Shown: in pieces, positions 36,201 to 48,200 of the stretch
Numbering within the stretch: position 1 is the first letter of the stretch
Layout of the letters: the number at the start of each line of letters is the position of its first letter
NCBI GenBank assembly: GCA_964234715.1
Contig: OZ174282.1
Strand: one strand, 5' to 3'
Source: Podarcis melisellensis
Lineage: Eukaryota
Length of the DNA: 64,000 nucleotides
Notes under the pieces: model-generated
What the model was told of the DNA's origin: nothing
Seen by the model: the letters and a program-made list of their open reading frames with translations, nothing else
Database searches by the model: none
Translations under genes and position numbers: made by a program

Positions 36201-39200
36201 CAAGTGAGTTGGGAGAACGTCAGTCAGAAAGAATTAAATTTGTTTGGTTTATTGCAGATTTAGTTGTTGCAAGGGGTGGGGATGGAGTCTAAGCTTGCAT
36301 TTTCCCTATTTTTAAATTCACTTAACTTCTCGGAATGTTTTATGCTGTCATCCTGAGAAAACAAAGATGGAAATTTGAAATTGATGTCCTGTAGACACAC
36401 AGGAGCTAGGGAGGAAATTTCCAGGCTGTCGTTGCTGATGGAGTGTTTTTTACTTGACCACAGAGGTGTTAGTTTGCACCTCAATAAGGCAGCACATGCT
36501 TTGAATGTATAAGGTGCCAGGGTTGACCTCTGCATCAGGATTCCTGGAGCCTGCCAGTTGGAGTAAGCAGTATAGGGCTAAATTGGCCACTTCCTCCACT
36601 CAATATATTGCAGGCCTGAAGCTATATTGCAACCCATAATCTCAGCAGGCATCCTTTTAGGGTTTTACAATTGCCGTGCTTATATCAAGAGATGTCTCTT
36701 ATGTGCCAACCTGCAGGCTTTCTGCCCAGGAGAAGGAACACATTGTGACCCAGCTGGATGTCCTCAAGAAGACTTATGACCAGCTGTGCTCTGACTCCAC
36801 AGAACAGCTCCAGCAGCTCCAAAGTCACATGGCCCAGGAGACCGCCCATAAGGTATCCTTTCTCTCTCCATCCCAGGTTCCTCCCCAGTTTGTGATATTA
36901 TTTTTTTCTTTCCCTCCCCAGGGGTGGGAGAGAGAATCTGTTCTTGGCAGCACTTGTCCCTTCATCCACAGCCCTGATGACTTTTGAAAATCCTTATTAG
37001 TCAGCTCCATCCCATTCTCTCCCATCTTCTGCATTCTGAAGAGGTTCCTTCTTTGCTGAGTTGGTTTCTGAAGGACGAGACAAGAGAGAGTTTCATAAAA
37101 TTGTTGATTTGGGCAGATGACAGACTAGGGTTGCCAGACTCCTTGCCCATGGAGGGCTCCTGTGCCTTTGGAATACGCAGGTTCCTTTGCAACCATGCTA
37201 AGGTGAAGAGGAAAGCTGCTAGCTGATGCATTCTCTTAGGAAAAAATATAAAACTTTGGCCACCCCATCTTGTTTCTTCAGCAGTACTCTGAAAATGAGT
37301 GCATTCCCCATGTAATCTGGGACTGGAGATTTCCAAGAATGCCTTTCACCTATGGTGATGATGATGAATTGCCTTATAAGCTTTGCAGCACTGCCGCAAT
37401 AGAAGTTTTCAGCATGAATTTAAAGGCATAAATTATAGTAGCCTAGAGTTTTGCAGACCCAGTTTAGGTGAAGAGTTCAGGTGTCAGGGGCAGGTAAGTA
37501 GGCAGGTAGCAAAGAAAAGAGAGATAGAAAGAGAGAAAGGATCAGAGGCTGTTCCAAGACCCAGTAGCTCTTTAATGGCTGGGCCAGCTCTGCTACTAAC
37601 AGTTATGGTTGGGGGGGGGGAGAAGCTAAGGGAGGCAAGTGAGGTCATGGAGTAGAACAGAAAAGCCAGCAAAGGGAAGCAAGAACCTGACCTAAGTATA
37701 ATGCATGCTTCTAATCTGAAGCAAACAAGAGGAAAACAAATCTCTTTCTCCCCCTCCTCACCTCCCCACCCTCATGGGATGACAGTGCTGTGGTATTCCA
37801 ATAATAGGATACTTCACTGCCAGAAAATATTTCATACATTTCTTCCATGCACCTCTGAGCTCCACTTTATGCCACCCTCCCTTCTGGCAAAAATGTCTTT
37901 GAACATCTGTCCCATCTGTGTTTCTTGGTTTGTTCTTCTGGAGTCCTGCCTGGGTATACTCTGTATATTACATGTACGTAAGTGTGGTATTCATGTGTCC
38001 AATGCAATATGTATATCTGTGTGGAGTTATGTTTTGATGCTTGCTACCTCCCTGTGTCTTGAAGCACTAACGAACCTATTAAAGCAGGAAGAAAGCCCTG
38101 TTGCCCTTTTTAGTATTTGGGCTAAAGGTTGTATGGGATGGCAGCCTTTCAGTAAATATAACCACTTCTGTCACTGAAGCATTAAAATGTTGTTTTAGAT
38201 GTGTATCAGTTGCCCCCTGATCTGAAGACCACCATATCATCTGCCTTCCTGCAGCACCAGCTGTACAGGGGTAGGAGGTTCCATGGAAAAGGCCATACTG
38301 ATCTGCTCACATTGTTCCCTCTTGTAACTCACTGGGAGCCAGCACACTTTGATTCTGGCTGCCCACTGCAGGAGATGCATATGAACTAGCAGGGGTCTTC
38401 TAAAGAAGAAAGGCCAGAGTGGAGCAGAGTGACCAGAGAGGAATGGATTTTCCCAAGGGAGCTGTAGACCTGCTGTCACCAATGTGGCTCCCTCCAGATG
38501 CTTTGGACTGGAACTTCCGTCAGCCCCAGTCCCGTGTGATTGTGTTGGCTGGGGTGAATGGGGCTGTAGCCCAAAAGATCTGGAGGGTACCAGGAGGGTG
38601 AAAGCTGCTTTTAGACGTCTCCACTTATGTGTGGATTTACCTTTTACTTCGGTTTGAGTGCATCACAATTGTAGAAATCCTTTGGGGAGCCATTTGCCAA
38701 CCTTTTTTGCTCATGGAAGAATCTCTAGATCTTGGTTGAAAATGTCTGGTTCAAAGCAATGGGAAACTGCACGCCAAAACCAAAATGACAGAACTCTCTG
38801 CATTGAGCATGATGTGTCCCTGTTTGGTTTGTGTTCATGTGGAATTACTGTTCAGATTAACTGCCATCCTTGCTTCCAATTTTGTGTTGTCGTTTTTTAA
38901 AACTAACAATCTGGAGGTCACACCAAAAGCCTCACTCAGGAAATGAGAAAAAGTGGTGTGTGTGTTTTGGGGGGATATTGTTCTTTCTACTTTTTTGTGC
39001 AAAACAAACAGTCGCATGCCGGATGCTAACACCCCCCAGCTTTTACACTGTGTGTGCCATACGGCTGAGCTGCTCCATAAAGGCTCTGTCTTCTTTCACT
39101 GCTCACGGCAAACCCCACAACTCTGGTAAGTAAAAAGCCTTTTATGACTCCTGTCCTTCCCCTCTTTTCTCTCTCTTTTCTTCTCTTGCTGATTTTAATA

Positions 39201-42200
39201 TCTGGATGTGCATGTTTGGAGTCTTGATTGTGGTGCAAGAAGGCTTTGTAGGCCTTTCCAGTGGGTCCCTGCCCCTGCCCTGCTGGGCCATGAAATGGAG
39301 CTTTGTCAGGGCTACCTCTTAGCTCTGCCAGGTGTATCATTTGGAGCCAGAAAGAGCACAGCCTCTTCTTAGGAACTCTGGATGCCTTATCAGGCTTGTT
39401 TGCCTGCAAGCTGCACCCATGGCCTGGATGGGAAGCAGGCCTCCATGGACATAGTGAAGTCCAGTCCCCAGCCAATATGGCATCTGTACCACTCCCCCAA
39501 ATATGGGTTTATGTGCAGTGCAGGGCGGAGATGGCCAAGGTGTGGCGATTCCACAAGTCTACGTAGTGCTACATTCCCCTCCCTTTCCCCAGCTAAACTA
39601 CCTTCACCAGATTTCCGATTTAGCGCAAAAGTGCAGGTTAAGAGTCCATGAAATTCCCATTTTGTGCTCTAGGGGATAGAGTTCTGGGCATGTTGGGAGG
39701 CTCTTAGTTCAAACTGCAGCATAGCCATATGCTCAACTGCAGTGTCCTTGGGTAAATCACTTCAAGTCATTTCTATAAATAACTGTGGTCTCCAGTACAT
39801 ATATTCTCAGGACTGACATCCCCCCTTTTGTATCTCCTCAAAGGAGTATCGTTATGCTGCTTCCCTCCATCAGCTGTGGGGGTGGGGTTAGGCTCAGCTT
39901 TTGAAAACTTCCTGTAATGAGCCTGTGACCTAGTTTGCACACAGTTCTAAACTTGGCATTTTGTGCCAACTCTGCCAAGTAGCTTAATTTGTTTATTGTT
40001 CACTTACAAACCTTGGTTTGTTTTAACTATGGCCTGTTGTTACAGGCAAACTCAGCTTCCTTCCTTTGCCATGGTTTGTTTCAGTCAGATGTTCAACAAG
40101 GCAAGAGGAGTTGGAAAGCAAACCAAACTTTTGAGGAATAAATTGTGCCTTGTTTGACCATCTGTTAACTTGCAGTTGACTGGTGGGTTGTTAAGTAAAC
40201 TGTGGCTTAATCAAATCATGGCTTAGAATTGTATGCAAACCAGCTTATGTTTGGAAGAAACGCATTGAGATGTGTTGGCCTCCTTTCACCATTAGTTTAC
40301 CAGCTAAAGCATCTCATCTGCAGAATACAGTAGTTGCCCTGGATGAGCCGAAAGCGCCTCCTGGCTCGCCCTTCCTGTAACTGCAATTGTGATGGAGAGA
40401 TGACTAGTGGCAGACAAGCTGGGTCCTTCAGGCGGTTTGTCTTCCATGATCTGTCTCCGCACAGAAGACTAAGGAATCTCAGGGATGTTGTTGGGAAATC
40501 ACTGCTAGATGTAGGTGTGAGCAGTGTCTGAGGTCCTTGTTGCACCTTGATACCTGTTCAAGTTGGTTACAGTGTTTTCACACACACACCCCTTGCCCAT
40601 AGTACTTGCTTATTCTAGGCTGGATTTTGACATGTCATGAGACAGGGCTCTGAAGCCTTCTGAAACACCATGGTGAGGGTGAACGTTGTGCTGAAATGTG
40701 AGAGGCTGCCATTTAAGTGGTCAGGGAAAAGAGCTCAATGGCATGGCTGCCTCTTCTTCCATGGTCTGCCACTTTTCATGCCTGTGTGGGTACTAAGCTT
40801 ATGGGAAGCTTGAGGAGGGGGCTAAGCTTGTGCCACTTCCCCTCCTCCCTTTCCCTTTGCTTCCTGTTGGTGACCTTGTCTTGTGGCTCTTCTGTGCAAC
40901 CTGTCTCTCTTTCTGCATATATAAATGCCAAAGGGTGGTGAGTGCATGGCACTCTCTCTCTTTCCCCATCTGTCTTTGTATCTTTATGTGGAACATCCTG
41001 GCCACTTGGTCCATCTCACTGCTTTGGCTGCTTTGCTCCTCTTCATGGGTGTCCGAAATGTCTCAGAGTAGCCACTTATGGCTGGCTAGATTGAGCTCCA
41101 AACAACTTCCGAAACCAAAATCGTACAAGAAAAATCCTTATCCATTGGGGAATCTGCTCTCTAGTACCTTAAAAGACTGAGACATCATTGGACTTGGGGG
41201 TGCTTTATAGTTAACAAACACCTTCATAGTGGCTTCTCTGTTCTTGAACTTTTTCCCCTCTTTCTCCCCTCCCCCCTCCCTCTCTTTAGGGAATTGAGAC
41301 TGTGGCAGGAGTGCTGGACCTTGGCACGATGGAAGTCTTTTCTGTTTGGGGGGCCATGCAAAAAGGTCTCCTAGACCAAGAAACAGGCCTTATACTGCTG
41401 GAAGCCCAGGTGATCACAACTGGCCTTGTGGTTCCCAATACCAGTGAAAAGCTCCTTTTGGCAGAAGGCCTGGCACGAGGCATCATAAACGACAGGATCT
41501 ACAAGCTACTGGAGGAACTGCAGAGTGCCGTCCAGCTGGTAGACAACACAGATGCCAAAGGGAAGCAGTTTCTTCCACTTGTGGCTGCAATGGAAGATAG
41601 AACCATCAGTGAAAGCGTTGGGCTGAAAATCGCAGAAGTGCAGATTCTCACTGGTGGGTTTATAGACTCATCCAGCCAAGGCAGGATCAGCTTAGAAGAG
41701 GCTCTTCAAAGAGGAAGCATTACCACCCACCTTCATGGGAAGTTGGTTTCCCGTCTGAGGTCTTGCAAGGACTTGATTGACCCCAATTCAGCCAAGAAAA
41801 TTAGCTTGAGCAACCTGATGGAGCAGTGCATCCTTCACCAGGAGACAGGATTGAGGCTGCTCCCAGTGAAACAGCTGGCAGGTGGGATGGTGAGCTTAAC
41901 TTCAGGCCGAAAAGTGAGCATCTTCCGTGCAGTTCAGGAAGGGCTAATAGAGAAGCAGGTGACTGTGAGGTTGCTGGAAGCACAGCTCTTTGCTGGTGGC
42001 ATTGTGGACCCCAAAAGCGGCCACCGGCTGACTGTGGATGAAGCCATAAGACATAATCTGATTGACCAAGATCTGGCTTGTGCCCTTCTGGTCCGACAGC
42101 TGCAGACAGGTGGCATTATAGATACGGTTACAGGAGACAGGCTTTCACTGGATGAAGCAGTGAGGAAAGACTTAGTAGCATCAAGAATTGCTGTAGTGAT

Positions 42201-45200
42201 TCTAGAATCCCTTTGGTCATTTATGGGTCTTCTGCAGCCCAAGTCAGGTGAGATTCTCCCTGTTACAGATGCCCTGGAGCAGGGCATCTTGTCTTCTGAG
42301 CTAGCCCATAAGATTCTAAGCAAACGGCAACACATTGAGGCACTTTTCATACCCCAAACCAGAGAGATCCTGACCTGGGAGAAGGCTGCTGAATGTGGGA
42401 TTCTGGAGAAAGATGCCATCGAGAAACTAAAATCTATCCACCTTCCTGATGTCATGCCAAACATGCCCCTTGCAGATTCTCCAAGCAGGCAGGAAAGGAG
42501 TATCCCCCTCTCAGATAGCCCAGGGGACCTTAAGAACCAAAGCAAATGTCCACTAAGAAGCTGTGAAGAAAGGACATTGTTTCATTTGATGACTCACAGC
42601 TATGTCAACATCAGCAATGGCCAAAAATTGCTGCTTGTAGATGGGGAGTTAAATAACCTTGCTGAAATGCTTGTTGCAGCTCAAGATAATGGATCAAATG
42701 CCCATCCCTTAAAAACTAGTGAAAGCCAACCCCAACAATGGGATGATTTTGAGGACGGGAAGACAATAACTGTGGTTACTAAAGCCCATAATGAATTCGC
42801 TTTGAAGAAATTTGAATTAAATTTATCTGTGTCCAAAGAAGAGCTTGAAGGATATATGCCCTCAGAAATTTGTCCATCTAACAAAACACTTGAAATAGAA
42901 ATTGGAAAACTTCCAGTGAAAGAAATAGAATGTGTGAATGTAAAGATGCCAGAGATGGAAGTGGATCCTGTGGGAGACCTTAAAAGTGAAATGGATGAGT
43001 CCAGAAGAGAGCAAAACCTGACGACAAACCAGAGCAGGGATGAAATTGAACTGCCAGAGTCCAAATCCATCAAGGACTCCAGCTTTGTAATGGAATCCAC
43101 AAATGTGGAGGTCTCGTGGGAAAATGTTACGTTTTCAAAAATGCAGGCAGAAGAGATGGTTTTCAAAGAGTGGGAGACTGGTGTTGAAATATATCCTGTT
43201 GAAAAAGAAACCGTTATATCCACTGTTGATTTGGAGAAACTAGAGGAATCTCAAAATTTGAAGGAAAATGCTATTGAAAATGTCACTCTTGCAGCAGAAG
43301 ATGCAGCAGGTACTGACTCTGTGAACTGGCTAAGTATTAGAAAAGTGAGAAATGAATCAGTTGAAAGTCAAGCTGAAGGGAAATCTACAGATGACCATAT
43401 TATGGAAGAACAGCTGAGTACGGAAGGAAAAATGGATCATTTCCATCAAACTGCATCACCAAAACTGTCGACAGACTTGGGAGAAGACAACACCCTTAAA
43501 ATATTGCTGATGCAGCTTCAGGATGGTGGCATAATTCATGAACAGACAGGGAAGAAGATGCTCCTAGATGAGTCCATTGCTTGTGGAGTTGTACCCAGCC
43601 ATACAGCCATCAAACTGATGGACAAGATGAAAATATTCAGTGGCTTCTTTGATGCTGAGACCTGTGAATCACTAACCACCGAAGAAGTAATTGGTGAAGG
43701 ACTGATGGATGAGAAACTTATGCAGAAGGTGCTAGCATCTGATCAAGCCATAAGTGGTGTTATAGATCCACTTCGAAAAACCATTCTCTCCATCAAGGAT
43801 GCATCTGAGGTTGGTCTGTTGGACAAAGAAACCGCTGCACGAATCCTAGAAGGGCAAGTTGTTACCGGTGGGATTGTTGACTTCAAGCGTGGCAAGAAAA
43901 TGTCAGTCACATTGGCTTCTAACCATGGCCTCATACAGCAATCTACCCAAGAAGATCTTAAGAAACTAGAGAAAGCATCTAAGGGGAAAGGTGCTGAGGA
44001 TGCAACCAAAGAGAAGCTAATCACTTTGCAGGCTGAAATAGGAGGCATCTTAGATCCTAAAACTAAAGAACCTTTGACAATCACCCAGGTTGTGGAAAAG
44101 GGCTTTATCACCAAGGAGAAAGCATTCCAACTCCTGACCAAGCAGATAGCTGATGGAGGGATTATTCACCACAAGACAGGCTTGAGACTTTCTGTGGAGG
44201 ATGCTGTGGAACATGGATTGATTGACCAAGGCTTCTATGAAGATCTCAGAAAGGCAGAAAGTATATGCTTGCACCAGTACATTCATCCAGAAACAAAGGA
44301 ACCTATGCCCTTGCCTCAAGCCATATCCCTGGGATTAGTCAGCTCAGATTTTCAAAACAATGTTCAAGAAATACTAGCCTCAACTGGAAGCATATTTGAC
44401 CCTGTTTCTGGCCAGAAGATTATATTGGCTAAAGCTGTGAAGGAAGGACTCTTGCCCAAAGCAGTTATGGAAAAGGCCATTGCATCCTCTGAAATGAAGC
44501 ATGCAATAATTGATCCAGAGAGCTGTAGGTTGGTCTCCTATCCAGAACTGGTCAGGAAAAGCAAAATTGACATTGAGTCAGGGCAGAGATACTTGGAAGT
44601 TGTTCCATTTCGAGACCTCAAAGATGAAGTGACTGGGAATGTACTCTCATATCCACAAGCAGTTAAGCTTGGCAAGGTAGACCCCATGCTTGCATTGAGG
44701 TTGTTGCAGGCTCAAGCAGACACAGGTGGCATCATGGAGACTTCGACTTGCCAAAGGTTGACACTGGCATCTGCTTTGGAGCGAGAAGTGCTGGATAAAG
44801 ATACAGCTAAAGTCATTGCTGTTAATCAGCTCTTGGCTGGAGGAATTATTGGTACTAAGAGTGGAGAACGAGTGACGTTAAAAGAGGCCGTTGAGAGGGG
44901 CTTAGTCAGTGAGGAGTTAGCCAGCACAGTTAAAGAAAGTCTTCCAATAAGCAATGATAGATCTGAATGTGAAAACCTGGAAGAACGTGAAGATCAGCAG
45001 CCTCAGCTGTTGCTGCAAAATGGGACCTCCATGTCTGAAGTGTTAGGCTTTTGTGAATATGCTGCTGAGAATCATGATGAGAAAGAGACTCCATTGCCTT
45101 CAGCTATGGAGAGCAGCCTAACTGGTGATGCCACTAACAACTCTTCAAAAGGGATTCAAGAGATGGCAAAAGAAGTGGTTGAATCAGTGCCAGCCTCCTT

Positions 45201-48200
45201 TCCTTTTCCTTCTGCACTGGATAGTTTGGCTAGTCAGCTTTTAGCAGAAGGCAGGCTGGCACCTGAGCTTGCCTATATGTTAGACCCAGCTGATGCCCTG
45301 AAAGTTAAAGCCCAGAAAAAAAATATTAGGAGGAAAAGCAAGTTGAGAGGGAAAGAACTCCAGAAAGGCGAATTGGAAAAGCAAGGAGGAAATGATCAGG
45401 TGATTGAAAAGAAATTGGAAGGAATTATGTCTCAGGAGGAGAAGTTTGGGATGAATGTGATGATGAACCAGACAATTAATGGGGACCAGGAACAAGATAA
45501 GAGATTTACTCAGGAAGAGAGTGATGCTGCAGCCATTGTCCTCCAGAAGAAAGCTCAGGGTATCGTACAGTTGGAACCTCTGGAGGTGTCAGCACCCAAG
45601 AAACTCAGTTCTGTAGGTCAGACAGAGGAAGAAAATGATTTCATAAATTCTGAAGGACTTCCTACAGTTGTAGAGCCCAAGAAACAGGCCTCTGATGAGC
45701 TGCTGTGTGTGGACATCAAGACTGAACTACCAAGCCCTGGATCTCAATTAAAACCCTCAGATCTTCTCACTTCAGAAAGTATTGACTTAAAAAGCACCAA
45801 GAAGAAGAAAACAAAAAAGAATAAAAAGCAGTCTGCTGCCCCAGCAGAACCACTTAGGGTGTGTGGCTCTTCTCAAGAAAGGCCATCCCCTCCTACCCCG
45901 GATTCCAAGGAAACTTTGATGAGAAGGATCAAGGAGGAGTTGGCCTCTGGGGTTCTAGAATCATTCCAGGATAATATATCTGACAGGGTGACCAGCAGCC
46001 AGACCACAATAGAACAAGTGGAGGTTGAGAGACTAGATCCACAGGCATTTGGAAAAGAGAACAAGCAAGACAGAATTAAAGCGAACATCACAGATGATCA
46101 GAAAGTGAATGTTACCCCAAAGACAGATTCACCCAGAGAGTTAACAGAGCAAGAGACTAGAATTTACCAAGATTCCTTGGTAGAGGTAGATAATCTGGAA
46201 GAAAGTGTATCTCAAGAAAAGGCCAAAGAACCAATTATCTCAAAGGTCCAAAAAGCTAATGTTACTACTAAGGTAGATGGCACAGAATCCTCAGGGCCTT
46301 CTGCACTCAAGACAGAACCCGTGCAAAACACAGAGATCCTAGAGGACAAGATAAGTCATTATCATTCTGTGCCTTTGCTCAGACAAGAGGATGCTGTCCA
46401 GGAGCTAACTAGAAACTGTGGAAGTGTCATTGCCAAAGGAGTGCCTGTGGATGCAGAAGCAGAAGAGATGTGGCACATTGGTGCTATGGGAGACAAGAAA
46501 ATGGAGCCAGAGGCACAGATGCTGCAAGACCAAGAGTTTCCAGAAAGCAAGAGGGATATTTCTAGGCGAAAAGCACCTGTGCAAGACACTGAAACCTCAA
46601 AAATGACCAGAGAAAGCAAGGATGCTGATGAACCCACCTGTGTGGTTGAAGGCAGTGGGGAAGAGAGATGCCAAGATGCCCCCAAACTTGCCAAGGTAGA
46701 TGGACTTATTAATCTCAGAGACATTTATTCATATTGTGAAGGTAGCTGGACAGCTGAAATGAAAGCATATCTCTTGAGCAGTGGTGTAGGGTGGGTTGGG
46801 GGACACAGGTGAGTGCACCTCTGGGACTCTCTCAGAGCAGCAACAGCATCTACCAGAACACCAGGATAATTTATGGAGCCTCCTCACTCTGGTGAGTAAA
46901 TGAGGCACTAATGAGGCTTTCAGGTTTGTGACAGATAAACATAGAGGAAGTCAAGAACATGAGAAAAAATAAGCAAGAGGCTAAATGCTTCTTTCTTTTG
47001 ACTTCATGCAAGCAGTTGAAATTGTGGCATTTTCCCTTTTGCCGAGGTGATTTGCATTCCTGGTTAAATGCTAACAGTTGCATTTCAGCTTCTGGATTTT
47101 GATTTTGATTTTATTTTTTGCTGAAGCTTAGTATATATTGATGACTTGGGCATGGATGGCTCTTTGGGGCTGCCATGATGCACTCCAAATTCTACCACTA
47201 CACCACTGCTCTGGAGGCCAGGTAGTCAGCAGTGAAGGAGCAAGCTAAACCAGGCCCCCTTCCCTTTGGTGCAGCCCTGCCTATGTCTTCCTTTACAGTT
47301 GGCCAGCTTCAGGGACGAGGGGCAGGTGAAGAGGTGCCTCTTTCCCCATCATAATTTGGAGCTTGACTTGCCCCCTAAGAGTACAAGGAAGAGGAAGTTA
47401 CATGCCCAATATATGTGATATAGTGGGTGGGGGAATAGGGTACCCTCCAGATGTTTTAGACTCCAACTTCCATCAACCCAAACCAGTATGGCCAATGCTC
47501 AGAGATTATGGCAGTTGGCTGCCCCTGAAATACAGCCTGAAAGTCAGGGGTGGGGAACCTCAAGTCTGCAGGCCAATTTAGGCCCACCAGGCAGCCCAGT
47601 CAGGCCTCTGCAGCTGTTTCTGGCCACACTACAACCTCTAGGCATTCAGCTGAAACCTGGTGTCAGGTGCCCTGTTGGTGTCATGAGGTGCTTGCTTGTA
47701 TCAGGCGGTCTTGAGTGGATATGGTCCTGCCAGAAAGCATTTGGTGCCAAATGTAAGGATTTCTTAACCAGATGTTGGAAGGTTGATAGCCAGGTAGACT
47801 GGTGAGTCCCTCCTGGGAGAGAGTCTCAAGAAGATCACTACCAGGGAAACCTTACAATCTTTTTAGAAATTAATATTTTATTAAAAAATGAAATCTGGCC
47901 CCAAAAGAAATGCATTTTTTAGATGAAATAAGCTAGAACCATGCAAATAGAAAAGTCCAAGATTGTTGTGCTTTATCTGTATATCTCTCCTATCCTGTCT
48001 AAAACCTGTGTTTTAATGCCTCCGACTCCATAGGCTCCACACAGCAAACAGCTTTGCCTCAGCTATGATGAGAAATTGGTTGTGCTCCTGTCCAGAGTGC
48101 GTGACATTGAGATGCGCATCCAGCGGGTTCAAGTTGCAGATCTGAGTTCAGCAGCACTGCGGGAACTGCTTCGCCAGGCTGAGGTAAGAGGAGTGGCTTT

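Noticed and set aside
41801-46724. Several long minus-strand ORFs (up to 203 aa) over the giant exon
   Set aside because: Antisense shadows of the coding strand; Ser/Leu/Phe-rich with no recognisable domain
41302-46812. 1836-aa ORF as a stand-alone single-exon gene
   Set aside because: Starts at GTG just inside a strong splice acceptor and is in frame with flanking MACF1 exons
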